Counted from the stretch's first letter, positions 16,518 through 26,210 are shown. The stretch: 62,399 nt of DNA from Thermomicrobiaceae bacterium (GCA_035702805.1 DASSZN010000097.1:1-62399), one strand, 5' to 3'. Notes: generated from the sequence alone by a model not told the origin. Translations and numbers: made by a program.

Positions 16518-19500
16518 ATGGACCCCGCACTCGGCCACGACCCAGCTCAGCCGACCCTCGGCACGACCCTCCGGTCGGCCCCTGATTGGCGACGCTTGCG
16601 TGCCGCGTTGCGGCTCCTCTTCGATCCGGGAGCGGCCGACGCGCTCGCGTCGCGGGTCGTCATCGGCGACGAGCGAACGAGCGCCATCTCGGCGCTGGCC
16701 CGCGCCGCCGAGCGCCGGCACGCCTTCGGCCGGTTCACTCGCCACATCCCCGATGTCCCCGCCAGTCATCCACCGGGCGCGTCCCCGCCGCTCGGTCCGT
16801 CGTCGGGAACCCCGTCGCGCGCCGCGGTCTACCTCGCGCTCCACCTCGGCCTCGGGCTCGACGCGGAGGCGCTGGCGGATCTGGAGCAGGACACGCCGGA
16901 GCACGTCGGAGAACTCCTCTACCGGTCCCGACGCGCGGTCACCCACGTCGTCGCTCCCTGCCCCGAATTCGCGGAGCGGATCGGTCGTCACCGCGACCGG
17001 TCGCTCGACCCCGTCGCCCGCGCGGACCTCTTTCTCCACGTCCGCGAGTGCCCCGCCTGTGCCGCGGCGCTGCGGACGTTCGAGGAACTCGACGCGGCGC
17101 TGCTCCGGCAACTCGCGGCGGACCTGGGGACGCTGCCGCCACTGGTGCCGTCGAGCCGCCGCACATCGCCCCTGCCGGCCATCGGCGTGGCGGCGACGCT
17201 GCTGGTCGTGGTCATGCTTGCGCTGGCGGCACTGACCCAGGGCATGCGCGGACCGGCCGCGGCGCTGCCAGTCCCGACGCCCGGGGCCGCCGCTCACACC
17301 CTGTCGGGCTGGCTCCTCACCACGGCGATCGACGGCGCCGTGAACGCCGTCGATCTCCAGACCGGCACGGTGCGACCGGTGGCGCCGAGCGTTCCGCCGG
17401 GGCGCTTCGTTCGACGCATGCTCTCTCCCGACGGGCGGCTGATCGCTACCTGGACGCCGCCCTACGGGCCGGACGGACCCGAGCCGACCGGCACGGTCAC
17501 GGTGAGACGGCTGGACGGCACGACCGTGCGCACCTGGGGACTCGGTGGCGGACCGGGGCCGGGTGCCGGTTCCCTTGTCGGCTGGCTCGGCAACTCGTCC
17601 CTGCTGGTGCTGGAGACGCCACCCTGGCAACCGACCGGGAGCGCGCCGAGCGGGATCGGTGGCTCTCCCCTGGAGACAAGGCTGGTCGCACTCGACGTCC
17701 AGACGAGTGACGCGCGCGTACTGCTCCAGGGCTCGATCTCGCTGGCGAGTGCCTCGCCCGACGGCACGCGCGTCGTCGTGGTGCAGAGTTACGACCGCCG
17801 GTACCGCGGGTTCACCGCCCAGCTGCGCGCCGTCGGCCCGGGCGGACTCGGGCCGCCGCTGGTGACGGCCGAGCACCGCCTCGCCCCGTATAGCTCGGTC
17901 GTCGGGGCTCCCAACAGCAGCCGCGCGTACCTTGCCTGGATCCCCGGCACCGAGGTGGCCGTGCCCGCGTCCGCCGTTGGCACAGACGGGGTCCGGAGTA
18001 GTCCGACCACGACCGCCATCGAGGCCGTGTCACGCGACGGGATCCTGACCGGCGTCGTAGCCGCCGCGCCCGGCCAGATCCTCGCGCCGGTCTCGGCCGC
18101 ACCCGGCGCGGCGCGGCTGGTCTACGACCAGCAGCCGGCGTCACCGGCCGGGTCGACAGCCCGGGTCTGGATGACCCACCCGAACGGCACCCCACCCACC
18201 GAGCTCGCCGAGTCCGCTGTCCCGAGCGGCCTGAACGTCGCCTGGCTCCCCGACGGCGGCGCGCTGCTGCGGGACGACCTGCCGTTCTACCTGCCGAACG
18301 ATCCCAGCGAGCGCGCCCTTGGCACGGTCAGCTGGCCCGTCGTGCTGCGGGTGACGCCGAGCGGCCGGACGCTCCCCGCGGCCACCTCGGCCGCGGGCGG
18401 GGCAGGCTGGCTCGGCTGGGTGCCCGCGGGGACTTTCCCGGCGTCGGCGACGCCGTCGAGGGCCACACCGCGGTCGCCGCGTGTCGGCCAGGTCCAGCCG
18501 GCCGCGCGCCCGGGTGCGCTGCTCGGCCCGGACGGCGCCGCGAGTGCCGACGGGCGACTGGTCATCCTGGGAGATGCCTCACTGCCGGGCGGCGTGATCT
18601 GGGATGCCACGTCGGGCGTCGACTCCCGGGTTCTACGCGGGGCCGCCGACCTGTCGTGGGTTCCGGGCACCCAGACGCTGATCGGCGTGAGCGGCGTCGG
18701 CACGCAGCCCGGCAGCGGCAGCCGCGTCACCCTCTACGCCAGCCGGCTCGACGGGGCGCCCAGCCTCGACTTCCGGCACTTCGACCCGGCCGGCATCGGG
18801 AGCGCCACCACTCGCCACTACGCGCGCCCACTGGTCTCCCCGAACGGAGCCGCCATCAGCGTCTTCGTGGTCAACTCCACCGACGACACCGCCGGGCTGT
18901 GGCTGAGTACCTGGCGCGACGGCCCGCGCCGGATCGCGCGCTGGACGGCAACCTCCCCGGCCCTGGGCACCATCCACCCCGTGGCAACCTGGGTCTCGGC
19001 GGACGTCCTCCTCTACGCCGAGCCGTTCGACTGGCAGCACGGCCTGCCCCAGGCAGTCGCCATCCAGCAGGTGACGCTTGGGCCGGACGGGGCCGGCACG
19101 CCGGCCACCGTCGCCGTCGTCCACGCTCACGGCGCGGATCGGGGAATCGAGGTCACGGACCTCGCCGTCAGCGCCGACGGCGCCAGCATTGCCTGGCGCG
19201 TGCGCCACCTTACCGGGACGGGCACCACGACGGGCCGGTACGACACGATCGACGTGGCGCCGGTTGCCAACCTCTCCGCCCGACTGGAGATCGCCCGGGC
19301 CACGCCGGGCCATGGCATGGCATGGTCGCCCGACGGCCGCTGGCTCGCCGTCGCGATCGGTGGGCGGGTGAGCCTGCTGTCCGCGAACGGCAGCGTCGCG
19401 ATCCCGGTGAGCCCGCGCGGCTCTCCTGCGCGGTACCCCGTCTGGGTCGGACCGGATCAGATCTGGCTCTCGTACGCAAGCGCCGGCACGCCTCAAACGG

Positions 19501-19526
19501 TGCGAGTTCGGCTCGCCTGGCCGTAG
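16518..19526 (+). CDS. membrane anti-sigma-like protein: sigma-region-4-like segment + zf-HC2 + TM + TolB/PD40-like beta-propeller ectodomain
   Basis: ATG at 16518. AVYLALHLGLGLDAEALADLEQDTPEHVGELLYRSRRAV (sigma R4-like). HVRECPAC (H-x3-C-x2-C). TM IGVAATLLVVVMLALAAL. Repeated SPDGxxxA/V motifs across about 760 aa. Confidence 0.7.
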   Translation: MDPALGHDPAQPTLGTTLRSAPDWRRLRAALRLLFDPGAADALASRVVIGDERTSAISALARAAERRHAFGRFTRHIPDVPASHPPGASPPLGPSSGTPSRAAVYLALHLGLGLDAEALADLEQDTPEHVGELLYRSRRAVTHVVAPCPEFAERIGRHRDRSLDPVARADLFLHVRECPACAAALRTFEELDAALLRQLAADLGTLPPLVPSSRRTSPLPAIGVAATLLVVVMLALAALTQGMRGPAAALPVPTPGAAAHTLSGWLLTTAIDGAVNAVDLQTGTVRPVAPSVPPGRFVRRMLSPDGRLIATWTPPYGPDGPEPTGTVTVRRLDGTTVRTWGLGGGPGPGAGSLVGWLGNSSLLVLETPPWQPTGSAPSGIGGSPLETRLVALDVQTSDARVLLQGSISLASASPDGTRVVVVQSYDRRYRGFTAQLRAVGPGGLGPPLVTAEHRLAPYSSVVGAPNSSRAYLAWIPGTEVAVPASAVGTDGVRSSPTTTAIEAVSRDGILTGVVAAAPGQILAPVSAAPGAARLVYDQQPASPAGSTARVWMTHPNGTPPTELAESAVPSGLNVAWLPDGGALLRDDLPFYLPNDPSERALGTVSWPVVLRVTPSGRTLPAATSAAGGAGWLGWVPAGTFPASATPSRATPRSPRVGQVQPAARPGALLGPDGAASADGRLVILGDASLPGGVIWDATSGVDSRVLRGAADLSWVPGTQTLIGVSGVGTQPGSGSRVTLYASRLDGAPSLDFRHFDPAGIGSATTRHYARPLVSPNGAAISVFVVNSTDDTAGLWLSTWRDGPRRIARWTATSPALGTIHPVATWVSADVLLYAEPFDWQHGLPQAVAIQQVTLGPDGAGTPATVAVVHAHGADRGIEVTDLAVSADGASIAWRVRHLTGTGTTTGRYDTIDVAPVANLSARLEIARATPGHGMAWSPDGRWLAVAIGGRVSLLSANGSVAIPVSPRGSPARYPVWVGPDQIWLSYASAGTPQTVRVRLAWP

Positions 19527-19594
19527 CGGCCACGACGAGTCCCGGGATTGCTGGCTCGTCGGGGCATGGTTGCCTGACCGTCGGTGACGGCGAT

Positions 19595-19616
19595 GCGCCC
19601 GGCGCTCACCGGGCGC
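19595..19616. terminator. hairpin between convergent genes
   Basis: GCGCCCGG-CGCTCA-CCGGGCGC, a perfect 8-bp stem. No U-tract. Confidence 0.3.
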
Positions 19617-19627
19617 GTCGCACGCGG

Positions 19628-19927
19628 TCAGCCCCGGCGTGAGCCGCCGCGCTTGCCCTGCGGGCCGGTCCGCGCCGGCTCCTGCGCCAGATTCTCCTGC
19701 ATCTCGGTCGGGCTTTCGTCGTCGACATACTCGACGCTGTAGCTACCCGTTCGGACCGCGTGGACAGCCTGCAACGTGTCGAACGCCTCGAAGGTCAGGT
19801 CGTCGAAGCCGATCTCGTCGTGCAGGAAGGCAATGAACGAGTCCTCGAGCTCGCGTGCGAGGGTCCGGACGATCTCCTCTTCGTCCACCGGCTCCTGGGC
19901 TTCGTCCCGTCCACCATCGTCAGCCAT
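19628..19927 (-). CDS. small acidic hypothetical protein (99 aa)
   Basis: ORF with high GC3, Asp/Glu-rich with a basic tail. No family recognised. Confidence 0.45.
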   Translation of the reverse strand: MADDGGRDEAQEPVDEEEIVRTLARELEDSFIAFLHDEIGFDDLTFEAFDTLQAVHAVRTGSYSVEYVDDESPTEMQENLAQEPARTGPQGKRGGSRRG

Positions 19928-20088
19928 CGTGTGCTCCTCTGGCTAGTCGCTCAACGTCGTCGACGCACCGTCGTGCACCGGCGATGCCACCGCATTATCG
20001 CCGGGCGGCGTCCAGCCGGCGCGGCTAACCCCGTCGCCCCGCGTGCGTTATCTTTAGGGACGGCAGGCGCAGGGACACGGGGGACGGC

Positions 20089-20970
20089 ATGACTGGTGGC
20101 ACGCCCGGGCGGGAGCACCGACGCGGACGCGAGCGGCGCGCGAGCGCGATCGGCAACCTGCTGATCGTGCTGAGCCTGACCGTCGTCGGCGGTGCGCTCA
20201 GCCTGACGGCCTCGCCGGCCGTCGGCGTGCCGGTCGTCCGTGCCGCCGTGGTCGCGACGGCCCCGGCACGTGACCCCGCGGTCGTCGCGACACCGACCGC
20301 GTCACCCGTGACGGAGGCAACACCGTCAGCGGTGCCCCTCCCAGTCGTCGCGACGCCGAGCGCGTCACCTCAGGTGGCCGGAGCCACGCCCACCTCACCG
20401 CCACTCCTCGCCGAAGCGACGGCCACACCGGGCTGGGTTCCCGAGCTCCAGGCACCACCCGCGACGCTCGCGGCGACGGCAACGCCGGCCGTCGCCTCAG
20501 CCACGCCCGTGCCGCACGACCCGCCTACCCACATTCAGATTCCGGCGATCGGCATCGACACCCCGGTGGTCGAGGTCGGGTTCGACACGGTGACCATTCA
20601 GAACCAGCATCTCATCCAGTGGCAGGTCGCCGACTACGCGGCCGGTCATCACACGCTCTCCGCCGACCCGGGCGACGGTGGCAACGTCGTGATCAACGGC
20701 CACGACGACTGGATGGGTGAGGTCTTCCGCAATCTCCACCTGGCCCAGGTCGGCGACCAGGTCATCCTCACGACCGCCGCCGGGACCTACCGCTATGCCG
20801 TCACCGACGTCGTCTACCGCAAGGTGGTGGGAGTGTCCCTCTCGGACCAGCTGGCGACGGCCATGTACCTGGCCCCGATGCCGCAGGAGCGTGTCACGCT
20901 GGTGACCTGCTGGCCATACGGCGTGGACAACTACCGCCTGATCGTGATCGCCAAGCCCGTCAAACCCTGA
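20089..20970 (+). CDS. sortase-family transpeptidase with N-terminal TM anchor and Ala/Pro/Thr-rich linker
   Basis: GGGGGA SD. TM LLIVLSLTVVGGAL. Catalytic-domain motifs IQIPAIGIDTPVV, INGHDD, and TLVTCWP (TLxTC Cys). Confidence 0.8.
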   Translation: MTGGTPGREHRRGRERRASAIGNLLIVLSLTVVGGALSLTASPAVGVPVVRAAVVATAPARDPAVVATPTASPVTEATPSAVPLPVVATPSASPQVAGATPTSPPLLAEATATPGWVPELQAPPATLAATATPAVASATPVPHDPPTHIQIPAIGIDTPVVEVGFDTVTIQNQHLIQWQVADYAAGHHTLSADPGDGGNVVINGHDDWMGEVFRNLHLAQVGDQVILTTAAGTYRYAVTDVVYRKVVGVSLSDQLATAMYLAPMPQERVTLVTCWPYGVDNYRLIVIAKPVKP

Positions 20971-21068
20971 CCCACCACGGCGCGATTCGCTCAGTCTCGC
21001 ACGGCACCGTACAATCACGCCCCGAGGGCGAGGTAGGGCGGGGGATCCGAGGTCGGCAAGGAGAGCGC

Positions 21069-22820
21069 GTGTCCCTGTCACTCCCGTTCACGTTGGCGGG
21101 CCGGTACGAGATCACACAGCGCATTGGCGAGGGCAACTTCGCCGAGACCTTCCTCGCCACCGATACCGCGCTCGGCCGGCAGGTCGCGATCAAAATCCTG
21201 CGTGACCAGTATGCGCGGGACCCCCGCGTTGCCGCGCGCTTCGAGCGTGAGGCTCGCGCCGCGGCTGCGGTCACCCACCCCAACATCGTCGACGTCTACG
21301 ACTACGGCCGCCAGGACGACACCCTCTTCATCGTCATGGAGTGGGTGGACGGCACGGACCTCAAGGAGTACATCCGCCGTCGTGGCCCGCTGCCGGTCGC
21401 TGAGGCCACCCGCCTGATGCGGGAGATCCTCGCCGGCCTGGGCGCGATCCACGCGGCCGGCATCATCCACCGCGACGTCAAGTCCCAGAACGTGCTGATT
21501 GGCCGCTCCGGCATCGCCAAGCTTACCGACTTCGGTATCGCCCGCGGGTCGGTCGATACCGGGCTGACCGACACGGGCATGGCGCTCGGCACCGCCGCCT
21601 ACATGGCCCCCGAGCAGGCGACCGGCGCCCCGCTAACGCCGGCCGCCGACATCTACGCCGCCGGCGTCATCTTCTTCGAGATGTTGACCGGCCAGCTCCC
21701 CTTTCCGGGAGACAATCCGGTCCAGGTCATGTACCAGCACGTCAACGATTCGCCGGAGCTGCCGCGCTCGATCAACCCGGCCATTCCCGCGGCACTCGAG
21801 CTCGTTGTCCTGCGTGCCCTGGCCAAGGACCCGGTCGCGCGCTTCGCCTCGGCCGACGCAATGGCGCAGGCCCTCGTCGATCCCCCGGACCTCGCGCAGG
21901 CCACCCGCATCATGGCCGCCGCGAGCACCCCGACCCTGGTCAACCCGCGCATCCGGCCCGGTGGCGGGGAACCACCGCCGCCACGCCGGCCGGTGGCCGG
22001 CGCGGTTCCCTCCGGCCCAAGCTGGCCGCTCATCCTGCTTGCCGCACTGATCATCCTGCTGGGGCTCGGCGGTCTCGCCCTGCTGGCAATGCGCGGCATC
22101 GGCAGCCCCACGCCCACGCCGACGAGCCCCGCCGCCGTGATCGCCACGCCGCGGCCCACCGCTACGGCGACGCCGACCCCCACGCCAACGCCGACGCCGG
22201 TGCCGACCGCCACGCCCACGCCCACTCCGGTGCCGACGCCGACACCCACCCCCACGCCTACCCCGACGCCGGTGCCACCCACACCGACGCCGACGCCCAT
22301 CCCGGCTACCCCGACGCCGACCGTGCCGGCCAACGCGCCCCAGGCCGGCGTTCCGCTCGATCCGGTGCTGATTCGCCCCTTCGTCGCCAACGATCAGCAG
22401 GTGACGATCAACGGCAACGACTTCGCGGGCGCGTTCGACCCCGTCAAGCAGACCGGACAGCAGGGGAACGTCCCGCCCAACTCCGCGTTCCTCTTCGGCG
22501 GCCAGAGCCAGTTCAACGTCGGCACCGCCACGTTCAGCGCCCAGCAGACCAGCAACCGGCTGCTCTTCATCGAGCTGCGCGCCATGGACGACCCGGTCGC
22601 CGCCAAGGTCCCGCTGCGGATCACCCTCAACGGGACCGTCATCTGGGAGGGCCCGAGCCCGTTCCCCAACGGCTCGAGTGGCAGCCAGGCGTGGCTCGTC
22701 ACCAACCACGCCCTGTTGAACGTCGGGAAGAACACGCTGACGATCGCGAACCTGTCACCCACCGGCCAGACCGGCAGCACCCCGTGGGAACTGATCGAGC
22801 AGGCGATCGTCTACTACTAG
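21069..22820 (+). CDS. Hanks-type Ser/Thr protein kinase with TM, Pro-Thr repeat linker and extracellular C-terminal domain
   Basis: GTG start with AGGAGA 5 nt upstream. Motifs GEGNFAETF, AIK, HRDVKSQN, DFG, APE. TM WPLILLAALIILLGLGGLALLAM. Confidence 0.9.
   Translation: MSLSLPFTLAGRYEITQRIGEGNFAETFLATDTALGRQVAIKILRDQYARDPRVAARFEREARAAAAVTHPNIVDVYDYGRQDDTLFIVMEWVDGTDLKEYIRRRGPLPVAEATRLMREILAGLGAIHAAGIIHRDVKSQNVLIGRSGIAKLTDFGIARGSVDTGLTDTGMALGTAAYMAPEQATGAPLTPAADIYAAGVIFFEMLTGQLPFPGDNPVQVMYQHVNDSPELPRSINPAIPAALELVVLRALAKDPVARFASADAMAQALVDPPDLAQATRIMAAASTPTLVNPRIRPGGGEPPPPRRPVAGAVPSGPSWPLILLAALIILLGLGGLALLAMRGIGSPTPTPTSPAAVIATPRPTATATPTPTPTPTPVPTATPTPTPVPTPTPTPTPTPTPVPPTPTPTPIPATPTPTVPANAPQAGVPLDPVLIRPFVANDQQVTINGNDFAGAFDPVKQTGQQGNVPPNSAFLFGGQSQFNVGTATFSAQQTSNRLLFIELRAMDDPVAAKVPLRITLNGTVIWEGPSPFPNGSSGSQAWLVTNHALLNVGKNTLTIANLSPTGQTGSTPWELIEQAIVYY
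22105..22330 (+). repeat. in-frame Pro-Thr (PT/PTPV) low-complexity repeat inside the kinase gene
   Basis: Reiterated ACGCCGAC/CCCAC units encoding TPTPTPTPVPTATPTPTPVPTPTPTPTPTPTPVPPTPTPTP. Confidence 0.9.
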
Positions 22821-22936
22821 TGGCGTCCCGCTCGGTGGGCCGTCTCCCACGGCCGGCCGGGCGCGGACAATGCTGCGGCGACGGAGACGTGTGGCAGACT
22901 TGAGCGTGGACTGAACGGTCTGACAGAGGAGCCGGC

Positions 22937-23761
22937 GTGCACATCACCATCGGGATGGATCCGAACATCCTGCAAGTCGGCAGCTTCACCCTGGCCTGGC
23001 ACGGGGTCGCCATCGCGCTGGCGATCGTCGTTGCGGTGGCGGTGATCTACCGGCAGTTCATCGCCAACGGCCTGCCGATCGATCGCTTCGAGTCGCTCGC
23101 CTTCTGGACCGTGGTCGGTGGCATCGTCGGCGCCCGTCTCTTCTACGTCATCGACCTCAACCACCTGAGCTACATGATCCACCACCCGCTCCAGATCTTC
23201 GCCCTCCAGCAGGGTGGGTTGGCGATCTACGGGGCGGTCTTCGGGGGCTTCGTGGCGGTGGCAATCCTGACCCAGGTCTACCGCTATCCGTTCGGCCGGG
23301 TCGTCGACGCCATCGCTCCCGGCCTGCTCCTCGCCCAGGCATTCGGCCGGCTCGGCTGCCTGATCAACGGCGACGCGTGGGGCGCGCCGACCTCCAGCCC
23401 GTTCGCGCTCATCTACACCAACCCGAAGGACCTCATTCCGGCGAACCTGCTGGGCGTTCCCACCACTCCCTACCCGATCTACGACGCGCTGCTGAACCTC
23501 GCGATCCTCTTCGTCATCTGGCGGCTGGCGCGGCTGCACCTGCGGGACGGGACGGTCTTTGCCGTCTTCGCCGCGGTCTATGCCGTCGGCCGCTTCTTCG
23601 TCACCTACCTGCGGCAGGAGTACGTCTGGTTCTGGGGCCTGCAGGAGGCTCAGGTCTTCTCGCTGGTGGCGTTCGTGCTCGCCGTGGCGGCGCTCGGCTG
23701 GCTCGTCCTGCGGCGCACGCCCACCGCCACGATGACGACCGCGACCGGCATTGGCGACTGA
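22937..23761 (+). CDS. lgt: prolipoprotein diacylglyceryl transferase
   Basis: GTG with GAGGAG upstream. Motifs HGVAIALAI, GGLAIYGAVFGG, GRLGCLINGDAWG. Confidence 0.9.
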   Translation: MHITIGMDPNILQVGSFTLAWHGVAIALAIVVAVAVIYRQFIANGLPIDRFESLAFWTVVGGIVGARLFYVIDLNHLSYMIHHPLQIFALQQGGLAIYGAVFGGFVAVAILTQVYRYPFGRVVDAIAPGLLLAQAFGRLGCLINGDAWGAPTSSPFALIYTNPKDLIPANLLGVPTTPYPIYDALLNLAILFVIWRLARLHLRDGTVFAVFAAVYAVGRFFVTYLRQEYVWFWGLQEAQVFSLVAFVLAVAALGWLVLRRTPTATMTTATGIGD

Positions 23762-23801
23762 CCGACACCCGGGCACGACCTGCGCCACTCGGTAGACGTC
23801 G

Positions 23802-23824
23802 ACGGGCGCCTTCGAGGCGCCCGT
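23802..23824. terminator. hairpin between convergent lgt and fabF
   Basis: ACGGGCGCC-TTCGA-GGCGCCCGT, a perfect 9-bp stem. Confidence 0.4.
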
Positions 23825-23870
23825 TGCTCACCCATCGTCCGGGGTCGCGCGTCTCCACCGAGGTAGGGGC

Positions 23871-25109
23871 TTACCCCTCGTAGCGACGGAAGATGGCCAC
23901 CGCGTTCTGGCCGCCGAAGCCGAAGGCGTTCGCCATCGCCCGGTCGACGCGTACCTTGCGCGGCGTATGCGGCACGTAGTCCAGGTCACACTCGGGGTCC
24001 GGCTCGTCGAGGTTGATGGTCGGCGGCACGATATTGTCTCGAATCGCGAGAGCACAGACCACCCCGGAGACCGCGCCGGCCGCGCCGACCAGGTGCCCGA
24101 TCATGCTCTTTGGCGAACTGATCGGAACCCGATAGGCGGTGTCACCGAACGCGGCCTTGATCGCGACGGTCTCGGACACGTCGTTGAGCGGCGTGCTGGT
24201 ACCGTGGGCACAGATGTAGTCGATCTCGTCGGGTTGGAGGTTTGCGCTACGGAGCGCCATCCGCATCGCCCGCGTGGCACCCTCGCCGCCCGGCACCGGT
24301 GCGCTGATGTGGAAAGCATCGGCGGTGAGCGCCCCGCCCACCACCTCGCAGTAGATTCGCGCGTCGCGAGCCCGGGCGTGCTCTTCGGTCTCCAGGATCA
24401 TCACCGCGGAGCCCTCACCGAAGACGAAGCCGTCGCGGTTCCTGTCGAACGGCCGGCTGGCGCGCTTCGGCTCGGCGTTGCGCTTCGACAGCGCGCCCAT
24501 GTTGCCGAACGCCGCCACGGCCACCGGGTCCATTCCGGCCTCGGTTCCGCCGGTGACCATGACGTCGACTTCGCCAAGCTGGAGCATGCGCAGCGCGTCG
24601 ACGTAGGCCTGCGTCCCGGCGGCGCAGGCCGCGACGGACGCCATCACCGGCCCGTGGATCCCATACGTGATCGACACCTGACAGGCGGCCATATTGGGCG
24701 CGAACATCGGGATGAAGAAGGGGCTGACCCGATTGGGGCCCTTCTCGTGGTGGACGAGCACCTCGTGGGTCAGCGTCTTGATGCCGCCGCCTCCGGTGTT
24801 GAGCATCACGCCGATCCGCTCGGAGTTCTCCGCGTCGATCTCCAGGCCGGCGTCGCGCAGCGCCTCGCCGGCCGCCGCGACCCCGAACTGCGCGTAGCGG
24901 TCCATTCGCCGCGCCGCCTTGAAATCCATGAAGTTGCGAGGGTCGAACTCCCGCACCTCGCCGGCGATCTGGACTTCGAGCGGGGTCGGATCGAAGGCGG
25001 TGATCCGGTCGATCCCCGACACTCCGGCCAGCAGATTGCGCCAGAACTCGGGGTAGCTCATGCCGATCGGCGTGAGCGCGCCCAAACCCGTCACGACCAC
25101 ACGATGCAC
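23871..25109 (-). CDS. fabF: 3-oxoacyl-ACP synthase II
   Basis: 412 aa. Active-site context ASVAACAAG, HGTSTPLND, GHLVGAAG, and the GFGGQNA tail. Confidence 0.9.
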   Translation of the reverse strand: MHRVVVTGLGALTPIGMSYPEFWRNLLAGVSGIDRITAFDPTPLEVQIAGEVREFDPRNFMDFKAARRMDRYAQFGVAAAGEALRDAGLEIDAENSERIGVMLNTGGGGIKTLTHEVLVHHEKGPNRVSPFFIPMFAPNMAACQVSITYGIHGPVMASVAACAAGTQAYVDALRMLQLGEVDVMVTGGTEAGMDPVAVAAFGNMGALSKRNAEPKRASRPFDRNRDGFVFGEGSAVMILETEEHARARDARIYCEVVGGALTADAFHISAPVPGGEGATRAMRMALRSANLQPDEIDYICAHGTSTPLNDVSETVAIKAAFGDTAYRVPISSPKSMIGHLVGAAGAVSGVVCALAIRDNIVPPTINLDEPDPECDLDYVPHTPRKVRVDRAMANAFGFGGQNAVAIFRRYEG

Positions 25110-25146
25110 GCTTGCTCCTCCCGGTCCCTCCCCCAGGCCACGCCGC

Positions 25147-26097
25147 TCAGCCGGCGATTCCGAAGTCCTTCGCGCTGATGACCTCGACGTCGTTGCGGAT
25201 GCGCCGGATCAGCCCGCCGAGCACCTGCCCCGGGCCGATCTCGAGGAACGTTCCGGCTCCCTCGTTGACCATCTCGCGTACCGAGTTGGTCCAGAGCACC
25301 GGCCGCACCGTGTGGCTGGCGATCTCCTTGCGCACGTCATCCACCGTCGTGATGATCCTCCCGGTGATGTTGGCCACCACCGGCACCTCCGGGTCGCGCA
25401 GCGGGACGTGGTTCAACAACTCCCCGAGTTGCTGGCCGACCCGCTCCATCAACGGCGAGTGCGAGGCAATCGAGATGTCGAGCCGCACCACGCGCCGCGC
25501 GCCGCGCGCCTTCGCGAGGGCCATCGCCCGCTCCAGCGCCGGTACCTCGCCCGAGATCACCGACTGCCCGGGACAGTTGTCGTTCGCCAGCACCACCGTG
25601 CCGACCTCGCCGGCCTCCAGGCAGATCTGCTCGAGCGTGTCCCGCTCGATCCCGACCACCGCCGCCATGCCACCGGGGCGGCGATCGCCGCACTCCTTCA
25701 TCAGCCGAGCGCGCTCGCGCACGATCCGCAGCGCGTCGCCGAACTCCAGCACGCCCGCCGCAACCAGCGCCGAGAACTCGCCCAGGCTGTGGCCCGCGAC
25801 GAACGCGGGGGCGACGTTCTCGCCCAGCTGGTGCCAGCGCTCTCGGAGCGCTTCCAGGTAGGCCATGCTCACGGTGAAGATTGCCGGCTGCGCGTTGAGC
25901 GTGTCGGCCAGCGCGTCGGCCGGCCCGTCGAAGCAGAGGGAGGAGAGAGAGAAGCCGAGGATCTCGTCGGCCTGGTGAAACACCCGCTGGGCGGCGGCGG
26001 AGACTTCGTAGAGCCCTTTGCCCATGCCGACGTACTGGCTGCCCTGACCGGGAAAGACGAACGCGACCCGTCTGGAGATCTCGCTCCCGAGATCCAT
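25147..26097 (-). CDS. fabD: malonyl-CoA:ACP transacylase
   Basis: Motifs FVFPGQGSQYVGMG, GHSLGEFSAL. Confidence 0.9.
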   Translation of the reverse strand: MDLGSEISRRVAFVFPGQGSQYVGMGKGLYEVSAAAQRVFHQADEILGFSLSSLCFDGPADALADTLNAQPAIFTVSMAYLEALRERWHQLGENVAPAFVAGHSLGEFSALVAAGVLEFGDALRIVRERARLMKECGDRRPGGMAAVVGIERDTLEQICLEAGEVGTVVLANDNCPGQSVISGEVPALERAMALAKARGARRVVRLDISIASHSPLMERVGQQLGELLNHVPLRDPEVPVVANITGRIITTVDDVRKEIASHTVRPVLWTNSVREMVNEGAGTFLEIGPGQVLGGLIRRIRNDVEVISAKDFGIAG

Positions 26098-26210
26098 CGC
26101 TTGCCGTTGCCTCCTCTGACTGCAACTGGTGGCTTGTGTCGAGCCGCGCGTATCTTACCACGACCTAGGCGGCTCGCTTCGGCTCCGTGCCGCGGATCCT
26201 TGCGCAAGCT

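Noticed and set aside
22105-22330. Periodic repeats that could be mistaken for a CRISPR-like or tandem-repeat locus.
   Set aside because: The unit is 6-12 nt, in frame, and encodes a Pro-Thr linker inside a kinase gene. There is no repeat-spacer architecture.
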